NCBI GenBank assembly: GCA_012727915.1
Contig: JAAYGD010000058.1
Location: 1 to 52,272, forward strand
Source: Mycoplasmatota bacterium
GTDB lineage: Bacteria; Bacillota_I; Bacilli_A; RF39; UBA660
Direction: 5' to 3'
Length of the DNA stretch: 52,272 nucleotides
Part shown: positions 29,493 to 39,498 of the stretch, piece after piece
How positions within the stretch are numbered: position 1 is the stretch's first letter
How the letters are laid out: each line of letters opens with the position of its first letter
Made by a program: the position numbers and the translations under genes
The notes under the pieces: model-generated
Seen by the model: only the letters and a program-made list of their open reading frames with translations
Database searches by the model: none
What the model was told of the DNA's origin: nothing

Positions 29493-32400
29493 ATGAATGA
29501 AAATAAAAATTATCAAGATGACTTTCAAAAACCTGTAGGAGTAGAGGTTAAGGATAGTAATAGCAGTAGTTACAATGATACTTATTACGACCAAAGTTAT
29601 AGTGATAATAAATATAATGAATATGAGGAACCAAAGAAGAAATTACCTTGGAAAATAATTATAATTATTATATTGGCTCTTATATTTATATTTTTGTTTT
29701 GGTATTTTTTATTTGGAGGCGGCGCAAATACTAATGTCAACCTTCAATATGAAAAACTATCAGATGAATTATGTGAAAAAGCTAAAGAATATGCGGATAA
29801 GAAACCTGATATTATTGATACAGATACTCCGGGAGCAACAGCATATGTTAAATTACAACAATTAGTTGACGAATATATGATACCAAGTACTCCAATTAAA
29901 GATCCTAGATATAAAAGAACGTTATTCTCAAAACCAGAGGGTAAAGAATTCTTGTCTTTTGATTCTTATTTGAGATTATTTGTAATGCCTAATGGAGAAG
30001 TTTCTTGTGAAGGGTTAGTTGATACTGGTGAAGATCATACTCAACCAATATTATCTTTAAAAGGAACAACCCCAGTTATAATATCTAAGGGAACTAACTT
30101 TGAAGATCCGGGCGCAAAAGCAGTAGATGATGTTGATGGTGATATTACTGATAAAATAGTAAGAAGTGGTTCTGTTGATACAATGACTATAGGAGAATAC
30201 ATAATTAAATATTCAGTATCTGATACATCCGGAAATACAACAAATATTGAAAGAAAGATTATTGTTCAAGAATATGAGGATATTGAAGTTACTATTGGAA
30301 GTAATTTTGACTCTATTACACCTCAAATAGAACTAAAAGGTTCAAATCCATATTGTATGGAAGTTGGACAAAAATATAAAGAACCAGGAGCTATTGCTAC
30401 AGACAACATTGATGGAAACATAACTGATAGAATTAAAGTAGATTCAAGTGCCGTAACTGGTTTAAGAAATGGTAATTTTAGAGTTACATATGAAGTGTCT
30501 GATACATATGGACATAAAGCGATTGCTTATAGATCAGTAATGGTTAGAACTGAGTGTGTAATAAATATTGATGATGATAAACCAAAAGTAAACACAAGAC
30601 CACAAGTACATTTAAAAGGTAAGACGTCTATCACTATAGATTTAAATAAACCTTATAGTGACTTGGGAGCAACTGCTTGGGATAAAGAAGATGGCGCTAT
30701 AAAAGCAGTAATGATAAGAAATACAGTAAATGTAAATAAAGCTGGTATATATGAAGTTGTTTATAAAGCAACTGATAGTGGTGGATTATCAGCATCTGCA
30801 AAAAGAATAGTAACTGTTAAAGACCCTAATGCTATTTCTAATGTTGCTTCATTTGTTGAAATACCCAAAGACATGAGAATACCTTTAGGTCAAGCAACAA
30901 CAATTCCTAAACCTGCTGCTAAAGATAGTTATGGAAAGGTTTTGGAAGTTACTCAAACAATAAGAAATTCATCAGAAAAAGTTGTTAGTGCTATTAACTT
31001 TAATAGAATAGGAACATATAGAATTGAGTATTCTGCTAAACCAAATGGAGGAGTGACTCAAGTAGTACATAGAAATGTAACTATATATGATGATAAAGCA
31101 CCAATATTAAATATTGGAAGTGAAATATTAGTATTATTAAGAACTACAAATTGTAACCTAACTGTTGAAGATTTGAAGATGGCAGGGATGACAGTTACAG
31201 ATGCACCAAATGAGGTTGCTCCAGAAGTAATAATTACTGGCGGAGAAAACACTGTTTGTGCAATAAATACAAATGGTATAGATATTGAAGTTTATGCTAA
31301 AGATGATTCAAACAACAAATCACCTGTTAAAAAAGTTAAATTATATATCGTAAATTCAGTAGACCCTGCAGATCCTACAAATGTTGAAATAGGAAACTGT
31401 GGTACAAACGGAGAATTAGATATGTTTGTTGGAGATCAAGCTACGTTAACTTCTAAAGTATATCCAATAAATGCATCTGATAAGAGCGTTACTTGGACAT
31501 CAGAGTTAACACAATATGCAACAGTAGATCAAACTGGAAAAGTAGTTGCAGTAGCTAAAGGTTCAACATATATTACTGTTAAAACAGTTACTGGTGGACA
31601 TACAGCAACATGTCATGTAATAGTTAGAGAGAGAACAACAACTGTACCTGTTACTGGAGTTGATATAGAAGGATGCGAATCCGGTTCTATGACGATTAAA
31701 AAGGGAGCAGTTAAAGAATTAACAGCAATAATTACACCAACAGATGCTTCAAATAAAAGTGTTAGTTGGACAAGTAGTAATAATTCCGTTTTAGAAATAG
31801 CTACATCGAAATGTATTGATGTAGTAGAAGGTTCAACAACAGTTTCAAAATGTATGAATGGCAGCACAGGAATGTACGCTAAAGAAGTTGGAACATCAAC
31901 GTTAAAAGTAACAACTGAAGATGGAAATAAAACAAAAGAATGTGTTGTTACTGTAGTACCTAGTGAAGAAATAGATACTACTGCTCCACAAAAGGTAATT
32001 GTTATTGCAAACAATGCAAATACATCAGACCCTTATAATAAAGCTGGTAATTGGTTGGGTGGTAATTTAGAAAGAGAAGTAAAAATTACTGTTAGAGCTA
32101 TAGACCCAGAATCTAAGATAACTAAATTTATAGCGTATGATTCAGCAGGAAAAGAAGTAGCGTCATTTACGCCAGAAGTAAATGTTCCTGATACTGGATT
32201 ACTTGTTATAAAAGAGGATACTTCTTCAACGTTAACCTTTGAAGCTGTTAACGAGGCTAACTTAAAGAGTGAAAAATCCGATTCAGTAATTGTTAAGCTA
32301 GATAATACTGGCCCTAAAACAACTTATGAAACTTGGATTGAAGATCCTAATAAATGGGTAAGTTCACCTTCTGTGACTGTTAAATATAACTCAGTAGATA

Positions 32401-33863
32401 GTGGAAATGGAATAATTGAAAAATATGAATATACTCATGATGATGTAAAAGCAAAAGCAATAAATGAAATTAAGATTGAAGGATCAACACAAAATGTTGA
32501 AATGATTTTTTCAGAAAGTAACATAAATAAATATGTTTATGTAAGAGCAATTGATAAATTAGGTAATATTGGTCCTTGGACAGACAAACCGTCATACTTA
32601 AATATGGATACGGTAGCTCCTGCAGCGCCAGGTTTAGCAATTGTAGCAGGAACTAATAATACAACTAACGTAAAAGTTCAACTATCATTTACTGATAGTC
32701 CAAGTCCTAAAATGAGCGGATTTGGAAAATACGAATGGTACGTTAATAATGCACCTGGTGTAACTGAAACTAATGAATCTGCTCAAGTTTCATTAACTTC
32801 ACCAGGAAGTTATACATTGAGAGCTTGGAGTTATGACAAGGCTGGAAATAAGAGTGCATCATTTGGAGAATTAACTGGAATAGTTGTAACTAGTCCGCCA
32901 GCTCCAACACCGGAACCAACACCAAAGCCGACACCAAAGCCGACACCACCACCAGGAACAATTACTTTAACTAATTGTAGTTCTGGATCTGTAACAATAA
33001 ATCAATCTGAAACGTTTACATTAAGCGCGACAGCAACAACGGGTTATACAGTAACATCCTGCAGTATTACTTCTGGAGGAAACCCCGGTTCTTCAATAGA
33101 ATCTGGTAAATGTACTTTAATAGGAAAAACAGAAGGCTATTTAAATTATTGTGCATACGCAAAAGATAGTGCAAATAATGTTATTTCTAATTGTTGTAAA
33201 GTTTCAGTTAATAAACCTCAAGCTGTTACACCTACAGTAACTATTTCTAAATGTCCTACACCATTAGTGGTAAATAGAAATGGTTTTGTGGTTTACACAA
33301 CAACAGGATATGCTAGTGCTCCAACAGCATCATATACCTCTTCAAATCCAAGCGTCGCTGTAGTTGCACAAAATGGTTACGTAACTGGTAAAGGAGCGGG
33401 GCAAGCAGTGATTAGTTTAACTGTAACTGGTGTTCCAGTGAATGGAACTACACCGGTTTCTAAAACAACATCTTGTGCCGTTACTATAACGCCACTACAA
33501 CAAGTAACAGAATATAGATCAAGTACTTGTACAACATATAATACTTGTTCTACAACAAATTGTGGTTGTGCCTCTGTTTACTTTGGTTCTTGGTCAAATG
33601 TTTCTTGTTATGGAACTAGCTCTGGCTGCAGTTCAGTTAAACCAGCAAACACAACATACACTCAATATCGATGTGAAACAGTTTCTGGGTGTGGAACTTC
33701 TGCCATGCTTCAAAAAAGATCGGGATCTTGTAGTGTGTGGGCATCTTGCCCTAATCAATCTTGTGGATGCCAAACATGGAGTGGTTGGAGTTCTTGGACT
33801 TCGACTAAATGTACACCAATAACTTCACAAAAAAAATGTGAAACTAGAACAGTTTATCAATAA
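29493..33863 (+). CDS. giant N-terminally anchored surface protein (1456 aa): DUF5011 Ig-like repeats, Big_2-like domains, Pro/Thr linker, Cys-rich C-terminus
   Basis: ATG 29493 follows AGGAG (29481-29485). The transmembrane helix is encoded at 29649-29714. The LKG...(D/E)PGA.A.D..DG(D/N)ITD...G.Y...Y.V.D repeats are encoded at about 30040-31090. Big_2-like V(T/S)WTS...G.....V segments are encoded at about 31380-31960. There is no LPXTG motif. Confidence 0.85.
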   Translation: MNENKNYQDDFQKPVGVEVKDSNSSSYNDTYYDQSYSDNKYNEYEEPKKKLPWKIIIIIILALIFIFLFWYFLFGGGANTNVNLQYEKLSDELCEKAKEYADKKPDIIDTDTPGATAYVKLQQLVDEYMIPSTPIKDPRYKRTLFSKPEGKEFLSFDSYLRLFVMPNGEVSCEGLVDTGEDHTQPILSLKGTTPVIISKGTNFEDPGAKAVDDVDGDITDKIVRSGSVDTMTIGEYIIKYSVSDTSGNTTNIERKIIVQEYEDIEVTIGSNFDSITPQIELKGSNPYCMEVGQKYKEPGAIATDNIDGNITDRIKVDSSAVTGLRNGNFRVTYEVSDTYGHKAIAYRSVMVRTECVINIDDDKPKVNTRPQVHLKGKTSITIDLNKPYSDLGATAWDKEDGAIKAVMIRNTVNVNKAGIYEVVYKATDSGGLSASAKRIVTVKDPNAISNVASFVEIPKDMRIPLGQATTIPKPAAKDSYGKVLEVTQTIRNSSEKVVSAINFNRIGTYRIEYSAKPNGGVTQVVHRNVTIYDDKAPILNIGSEILVLLRTTNCNLTVEDLKMAGMTVTDAPNEVAPEVIITGGENTVCAINTNGIDIEVYAKDDSNNKSPVKKVKLYIVNSVDPADPTNVEIGNCGTNGELDMFVGDQATLTSKVYPINASDKSVTWTSELTQYATVDQTGKVVAVAKGSTYITVKTVTGGHTATCHVIVRERTTTVPVTGVDIEGCESGSMTIKKGAVKELTAIITPTDASNKSVSWTSSNNSVLEIATSKCIDVVEGSTTVSKCMNGSTGMYAKEVGTSTLKVTTEDGNKTKECVVTVVPSEEIDTTAPQKVIVIANNANTSDPYNKAGNWLGGNLEREVKITVRAIDPESKITKFIAYDSAGKEVASFTPEVNVPDTGLLVIKEDTSSTLTFEAVNEANLKSEKSDSVIVKLDNTGPKTTYETWIEDPNKWVSSPSVTVKYNSVDSGNGIIEKYEYTHDDVKAKAINEIKIEGSTQNVEMIFSESNINKYVYVRAIDKLGNIGPWTDKPSYLNMDTVAPAAPGLAIVAGTNNTTNVKVQLSFTDSPSPKMSGFGKYEWYVNNAPGVTETNESAQVSLTSPGSYTLRAWSYDKAGNKSASFGELTGIVVTSPPAPTPEPTPKPTPKPTPPPGTITLTNCSSGSVTINQSETFTLSATATTGYTVTSCSITSGGNPGSSIESGKCTLIGKTEGYLNYCAYAKDSANNVISNCCKVSVNKPQAVTPTVTISKCPTPLVVNRNGFVVYTTTGYASAPTASYTSSNPSVAVVAQNGYVTGKGAGQAVISLTVTGVPVNGTTPVSKTTSCAVTITPLQQVTEYRSSTCTTYNTCSTTNCGCASVYFGSWSNVSCYGTSSGCSSVKPANTTYTQYRCETVSGCGTSAMLQKRSGSCSVWASCPNQSCGCQTWSGWSSWTSTKCTPITSQKKCETRTVYQ
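32919..32942 (+). repeat. 12-bp tandem repeat ACACCAAAGCCG x2 inside the Pro/Thr linker
   Basis: Units read directly at 32919-32930 and 32931-32942. They encode TPKPTPKP. Confidence 0.85.
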
Positions 33864-33880
33864 AGCCAATATATTAAATA

Positions 33881-33914
33881 AAAAGCACAAATGTATTTAT
33901 TTTGTGCTTTTTTA
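33881..33914 (+). terminator. rho-independent terminator after the giant gene
   Basis: Stem AAAAGCACAAA / TTTGTGCTTTT with a 9-nt loop and a T-run. Confidence 0.7.
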
Positions 33915-33946
33915 TGTTATAATATTTTATGATAAAGAGGTATATT

Positions 33947-34642
33947 ATGATGAAAAAACTTAGTATATCATTGTTATTGTTAATAGTGTTTTCGGGTTGT
34001 TCTGTTGATTATAACTTAGACATAAGTAAAGATTTAATTATAGATGAAACTATAAATATAAATGAAAAAACAATTGAAATTAATAAATATGCGTTAGATG
34101 AAGAGTTTTTTATAGATTCATTAATCGATGATTATAAACAAATATATAATTATTCAACGTATATGTTTGAAAAAAATATAAATAATAGTGAATCTATTGT
34201 AATAGCAAAAAAACACTATTTAGGTATTGAAGACTATAAAAATAATAATGAAGTTTATAGGATGGTATTTGAGGATTATACTATATCTAATCAAGGTGAT
34301 GTATATACTTTTGCCTATAAGATTAATAATAAGAATGAAATATCATTATTTAAAGAAGATGAATTATATGATAGCTTAGTTGATGATATTAATTTTAATA
34401 TAACATTGCCATTTAAAGTGTTAGAAGAAAATTCGGATTCTATGGATGAGAAACAAAGTAAATATACATGGAAAATTAATAAAGAACAAGAGTTAAAGGA
34501 TATAGTAATAGTATTTGATATTAGCAAAGAACCTTTGAAAAAAGAAACTATTGGATTGTATGCAATTGTGGGTTTGTTTGTACTATTAGTAGTAATTGTT
34601 ATATTTGGCTTCTATAAATATAAAAGGTTTAACAAAATCTAG
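33947..34642 (+). CDS. putative lipoprotein with an additional C-terminal TM helix
   Basis: AAAGAGG precedes ATG 33947. There is a lipobox (LLIVFSGC) and a C-terminal helix (LYAIVGLFVLLVVIVIFGF). Confidence 0.7.
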   Translation: MMKKLSISLLLLIVFSGCSVDYNLDISKDLIIDETININEKTIEINKYALDEEFFIDSLIDDYKQIYNYSTYMFEKNINNSESIVIAKKHYLGIEDYKNNNEVYRMVFEDYTISNQGDVYTFAYKINNKNEISLFKEDELYDSLVDDINFNITLPFKVLEENSDSMDEKQSKYTWKINKEQELKDIVIVFDISKEPLKKETIGLYAIVGLFVLLVVIVIFGFYKYKRFNKI

Positions 34643-34650
34643 GAGGAAAA

Positions 34651-35466
34651 ATGACTTTAGAATTAGTTTGGACGATTGCAAAAAAAGTAATTGATATTAT
34701 ATTGGTTTGGTTTGTATTTTATTTTATATTAAAAAACATAAGAAATAATGTTAAAATGTCATTATTGTTTAAAGGTATAGTAATATTACTTTTAATTAAA
34801 ATATTAAGTGATACATTGGGTTTAGTAACAATAGGTTTAATATTTGAATATTTAATTATGTGGGGACCTTTAGCGCTTGTTATAGTGTTTCAACCTGAAA
34901 TAAGAGGAGCATTAGAACAAATAGGAAGAACTCAATTACTTGGAAGACACAAAACATTAACGATAGGAGAAAGAGAAGAGTTGGTATTTGAAGTTATTCA
35001 AGCAGTTGAATATTTAAAAAAATCAAGAATTGGAGCTCTAATTGTTATAGAAAGAGATGTTAGTTTAAGAGATTATATAGAAAGATCTAAAAAAATATAT
35101 GCTAGAATTTCTAGTGAATTATTGATTTCAATATTCTTCCCTAATAACCCTCTACATGATGGTGGAGTGATTATTCAAGGTGATAAAATTTCTTCGGCTG
35201 GAGCTGTTTTTCCAACTAGTATTGATATGAGAATTGGAAAAAGGTTGGGTACTAGGCATAGAGCAGCTTTAGGAATAAGTGAGGAATCAGATGCTATTTC
35301 ATTAATAGTATCAGAAGAAACTGGAAGAGTATCAATTGCTATTAATGGAGAATTAAACTATAATTTAACTTTAGAAGAAACAAAAGAAATATTAATAGAG
35401 GAATTACAACCAAAAACTGAAGATTTTGAAGAGGTTGAAACAATTGATGAAGGAGATAAAGAATGA
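34651..35466 (+). CDS. cdaA: diadenylate cyclase (c-di-AMP synthase) CdaA
   Basis: Three N-terminal transmembrane segments, with the DAC-domain motifs DGGVII and GTRHRAALGISEESDA. Confidence 0.9.
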   Translation: MTLELVWTIAKKVIDIILVWFVFYFILKNIRNNVKMSLLFKGIVILLLIKILSDTLGLVTIGLIFEYLIMWGPLALVIVFQPEIRGALEQIGRTQLLGRHKTLTIGEREELVFEVIQAVEYLKKSRIGALIVIERDVSLRDYIERSKKIYARISSELLISIFFPNNPLHDGGVIIQGDKISSAGAVFPTSIDMRIGKRLGTRHRAALGISEESDAISLIVSEETGRVSIAINGELNYNLTLEETKEILIEELQPKTEDFEEVETIDEGDKE

Positions 35467-36806
35467 TAAATATTAAACATTTATTTAAAGTAATTTTTAA
35501 ATTTTTTGATAAAATAATTTTTACTCCTGTTACAAAATTTTCTGTAGCTGTTTCTGAGTTTGTAAGAGATAGATTTAAGGGGTTTGAAAAAACATTTACT
35601 AAAAAAAGTAGTCTATTATTGATTTCTTTATTTTTATCTTTATTAGTATTTTTCTTTATAGATACTAAATCATTAACAATAGCAGAAACTACTGCAGAGG
35701 TAATTTATGGACAATCTGTAAAAACAATATACAACGAAGAAGCATATGTAATAGAAGGACTTCCAAAAACTGTAGATATTACTTTAATCGGGAGAAAATC
35801 TGATTTATATTTAGCAAAACAATTACCTACTCATGATGTATCAATAGATTTAAAAGATTTAAAACCTGGATCTCATAAAGTTACCTTGAAATATAAGGGA
35901 GCAATCGATAGTATAAATTATAAATTGGACCCTTCAATTGCGTCTGTTGTAATTTATACAAAAATATCTGAAGTAAGATCAATAGATGTTGATGTAGTAA
36001 ATCAAGATAAATTAAATTCAAGATTAGTAATAAGTGATATTAAGCTAGAAAGAGAAGAAGTAATCATTAAAGATGCTGAACACAAATTAAAAGAAGTTGC
36101 AAACATTAAAGCTTTAGTAGATATAAATAATTTGACTAATCCTGATGTAGGTACTATTGAATTAACAGATATTCCTTTAGTTGCGTATGATAATAAAGGA
36201 AATATTGTGGAAACGGAAACGGTACCATCAAAAGTTACGGCTAGTATAACCATTACTTCACCTAATAAAGTTGTACCAATAAAATTAATTCCAAAGGGTA
36301 ATATAGCGTTTGGTAAAGCAATAAATACAATTACTAGTGATGTTAGTGAGGTTACTATTTATGGAGAACAAAGTGTAATTGACGCTATAACATCTATTCC
36401 AATAAATGTTAACATTGATAAATTGGATGCAGATAAAACTATTACAGCTACAATTGATAAACCAATCGGAGTTAAATATATTAGTAAAAATAGTACTATT
36501 GTAAATGTTACTATTGGTGAAGAAGTAAGTAAAGAAATGGAAGGAATAAAAATAAATATAACTGGTTTATCTGATAAATTTAATGCTTTCGCTGTAAGCA
36601 AAGAAGATTCAGAAATAACGGTAGTATTAAAAGGAGTAGATGATGTAATAGAAAGTCTCGATTCTAGTTCTATAAAAGCTACTGTTGATTTAAAGGGGTA
36701 TGGTGTTGGAGTTCACGAGATAACAATAGTTGTTGAAGGATCTGATTTAAGAGCGACTTATACTCCAAAAGTTAAAACAGTAAAAATTGAAATAAAAAAC
36801 AAATAA
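35463..36806 (+). CDS. cdaR: CdaA regulatory protein CdaR (YbbR-domain repeats)
   Basis: ATGA overlap with cdaA, one N-terminal transmembrane segment and repeated YbbR-like beta modules. Confidence 0.8.
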   Translation: MINIKHLFKVIFKFFDKIIFTPVTKFSVAVSEFVRDRFKGFEKTFTKKSSLLLISLFLSLLVFFFIDTKSLTIAETTAEVIYGQSVKTIYNEEAYVIEGLPKTVDITLIGRKSDLYLAKQLPTHDVSIDLKDLKPGSHKVTLKYKGAIDSINYKLDPSIASVVIYTKISEVRSIDVDVVNQDKLNSRLVISDIKLEREEVIIKDAEHKLKEVANIKALVDINNLTNPDVGTIELTDIPLVAYDNKGNIVETETVPSKVTASITITSPNKVVPIKLIPKGNIAFGKAINTITSDVSEVTIYGEQSVIDAITSIPINVNIDKLDADKTITATIDKPIGVKYISKNSTIVNVTIGEEVSKEMEGIKINITGLSDKFNAFAVSKEDSEITVVLKGVDDVIESLDSSSIKATVDLKGYGVGVHEITIVVEGSDLRATYTPKVKTVKIEIKNK

Positions 36807-36825
36807 TATATAATTGAAATTAAAT

Positions 36826-36853
36826 AAGGAAACAAATCAGTTTCCTTGTTTTG
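36826..36853 (+). terminator. rho-independent terminator after cdaR
   Basis: Stem AAGGAAAC / GTTTCCTT with loop AAATCA, then GTTTTG. Confidence 0.6.
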
Positions 36854-36918
36854 TTAGAAAATAAGTGATAAAATATTTATTCGTAGTAAATATTAATAAA
36901 AAGAAAGGGGTGTTGTCT

Positions 36919-38874
36919 ATGTTTGAATTAGTATCTAATTATACACCGTCCGGTGATCAACCTAAGGCTATAGATAATTTAGTGAATAGATTAAATTCTA
37001 ATACAAAACATCAAGTTTTATTGGGAGCAACTGGTACTGGTAAAACTTTTACTATTGCAAATGTAATAAATAAAGTAGACAAGCCAACACTTGTTCTTGC
37101 ACATAACAAGACCCTTGCGGGTCAATTATATAGTGAATTCAAAGAATTATTTCCAAATAATAGAGTAGAGTATTTTGTTTCTTATTATGACTATTATCAA
37201 CCGGAAGCATATGTTCCAAGTTCTGACACTTATATAGAAAAAGATTCGTCAATTAATGATGAAATAGATCAATTGCGACATAGCGCCACATCTGCTTTAT
37301 TGGATAGAAGAGATGTAATAGTGGTATCAAGTGTATCTTGTATATATGGTATTGGTGAGGTAGAAGAGTATAGGAATCATATGTTAATTTTAAATAAGGG
37401 AGATTTAATTGAAAGAGATAAAGTTCTTTTAAAGTTGGTTGATATGCTTTATGAAAGAAATGATATTGATTTTAAAAGAGGAACATTTAGAGCTAAAGGT
37501 GATGTTTTAGAGGTAATACCTAGTAATGATAGAGCATATGGAATTAGAATAGAGTTCTTTGGAGATGAAATAGAAAAAATATCTGAATTTGAGGTTATAA
37601 CTGGAGTAATAATAAAAGATAAAAAAACTGTAAGTATATATCCGGCAAGCCATTTTGTTACTAATTCTGAGAAGTTAAAGATTAGTATTCAAAAAATAAA
37701 AGACGAATTATCAAAAAGATTACTTGAATTAAAGGAAAGTAATAAATTATTAGAATATCAAAGATTAGAGCAAAGAACAAATTATGATATCGAAATGTTG
37801 ACTGAGACAGGATTTTGTAATGGAATTGAAAATTATTCAAGACATCTAGCGTTAAGAGAAGAGGGCGAAATACCTACAACATTAATTGATTTTTTTCCAA
37901 AAGATTATTTGTTGGTAGTTGATGAATCTCATGTTACATTGCCTCAAGTTAGAGGAATGTTTAATGGAGATAGATCTAGAAAACAAGTATTAGTGGATTA
38001 TGGTTTTAGATTACCGAGTGCTTTAGATAATAGACCTTTAAGATTTGAAGAATTTAATAATAAAATTAATAATGTAATATATGTGTCTGCAACTCCTGGA
38101 GATTATGAATTATCATTAGTTAATAATAATGTAATAGAACAAATTATTAGGCCAACTGGATTATTAGATCCAACAATAGAAGTTAGAAGTAGTAAAAATC
38201 AAATTGATGATTTAATTGCGGAAATTAGAAATAGAGTAGAAAAAAATGAAAGGGTATTAATTACAACATTAACAATAAAGATGTCTGAAGAATTAACTAA
38301 TTATTTAAAGAACTTAGATATTAAAGTTGCGTATCTTCATAGTGAAGTAAAAACGTTAGAAAGAATAAAAATAATTAGAGACTTAAGAATTGGAACATAT
38401 GATGTTATTGTGGGTATTAATTTATTAAGAGAAGGATTGGATATACCTGAGGTGAGTTTGGTTGCCATTTTAGACGCTGATAAACAGGGTTTTTTGAGGA
38501 GTGAGAGAAGTTTAATACAAACTATAGGCAGATGCTCAAGAAACTCAAATGGGCATGTTATAATGTATTCTGATGCCATTAGTGAAAGTATGGATAGAGC
38601 TATTAAGGAAACTAATAGAAGAAGAGATATTCAATATAAATATAATATAGATAATAATATTCAACCTAAAACTATAATTAAAGAAATTAGAGAATTAATA
38701 AGCAATGAAGAGTTGATTAATGATGATAAGAAGTTAAATGATAAAAAGAATAATGAAAAAGTATTAAAAGAAATAGAAAGAGAAATGCTAAAGGCTGCTA
38801 AAAATTTAGATTTTGAAAAAGCAACTGAATTAAGAGATATATTATTTGAAATGAAAATCAAATATAGTGGGTAA
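36919..38874 (+). CDS. uvrB: excinuclease ABC subunit B
   Basis: ATG 36919 follows AAAGGGG. The N-terminus [17 protein letters not shown], Walker A GATGTGKT and a C-terminal UVR motif are present. Confidence 0.96.
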   Translation: MFELVSNYTPSGDQPKAIDNLVNRLNSNTKHQVLLGATGTGKTFTIANVINKVDKPTLVLAHNKTLAGQLYSEFKELFPNNRVEYFVSYYDYYQPEAYVPSSDTYIEKDSSINDEIDQLRHSATSALLDRRDVIVVSSVSCIYGIGEVEEYRNHMLILNKGDLIERDKVLLKLVDMLYERNDIDFKRGTFRAKGDVLEVIPSNDRAYGIRIEFFGDEIEKISEFEVITGVIIKDKKTVSIYPASHFVTNSEKLKISIQKIKDELSKRLLELKESNKLLEYQRLEQRTNYDIEMLTETGFCNGIENYSRHLALREEGEIPTTLIDFFPKDYLLVVDESHVTLPQVRGMFNGDRSRKQVLVDYGFRLPSALDNRPLRFEEFNNKINNVIYVSATPGDYELSLVNNNVIEQIIRPTGLLDPTIEVRSSKNQIDDLIAEIRNRVEKNERVLITTLTIKMSEELTNYLKNLDIKVAYLHSEVKTLERIKIIRDLRIGTYDVIVGINLLREGLDIPEVSLVAILDADKQGFLRSERSLIQTIGRCSRNSNGHVIMYSDAISESMDRAIKETNRRRDIQYKYNIDNNIQPKTIIKEIRELISNEELINDDKKLNDKKNNEKVLKEIEREMLKAAKNLDFEKATELRDILFEMKIKYSG

Positions 38875-38876
38875 TT

Positions 38877-39488
38877 ATGAAAAGATTAAGTGTTGAAAAT
38901 ATAGATATTATTATAGATGAAATAAAGTCTGGTAATACTGTAATAATGCCTACTGATACAATATATGGTATAGCTTGTGATGCATTAAATAAAAAAGCAG
39001 TTAATAAGATATATAAAATAAAAAAAAGAGATAATAATAAACCATTAACTTTAAATTTAAATAAAAAAAAGGATATTACAAAATATGCTTATATTACAAA
39101 TAAATTAGAAAAAGAAATAATAAAAAAACTAATGCCTGGAGCAATTACGTTGTTGCTAAAGAAAAAGGAATATGTAGTCGATTTAATTTCTAAGAATTCT
39201 GAGTATATAGGAGTAAGAATTCCTAATAATAAAATAGTAAAAGAAATAATAAAAAAAATTAATTCTCCTCTTGTATTGACAAGTGTGAATATATCGGGAG
39301 AAATGCCTATAATTGATTTAGATGATTTGAATTCTGAAATATCTAATAATATAAGGTGTGCAATAGATGTTGGTATAATAAATAAAGGTGTTGAGTCTAC
39401 AATAGTTAAAGTTACCAATAATAAAGTAGAAATATTAAGAGAGGGAAAAATAACTAAAAAACAAATTGAAGATATTTTATCTAGATAA
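38877..39488 (+). CDS. tsaC: L-threonylcarbamoyladenylate synthase (YrdC/TsaC-type domain)
   Basis: 203 aa, with the YrdC-like pattern MPTDTIYGIACDA...KIYKIKKR...KPLTL. Confidence 0.8.
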   Translation: MKRLSVENIDIIIDEIKSGNTVIMPTDTIYGIACDALNKKAVNKIYKIKKRDNNKPLTLNLNKKKDITKYAYITNKLEKEIIKKLMPGAITLLLKKKEYVVDLISKNSEYIGVRIPNNKIVKEIIKKINSPLVLTSVNISGEMPIIDLDDLNSEISNNIRCAIDVGIINKGVESTIVKVTNNKVEILREGKITKKQIEDILSR

Positions 39489-39498
39489 GAGGAATAAT

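Noticed and set aside
33562-33822. An 86-aa alternative-frame plus-strand ORF inside the Cys-rich 3' end of the giant gene.
   Set aside because: It is fully nested in the long ORF, whose frame carries the duplicated Cys pattern. It has no start context.
29493-33863. A diversity-generating retroelement or phase-variation mechanism acting on the giant gene.
   Set aside because: There is no reverse transcriptase and no template/variable repeat pair in the window. The only homopolymer I noticed, A8 near 33829, is unremarkable at this AT content.
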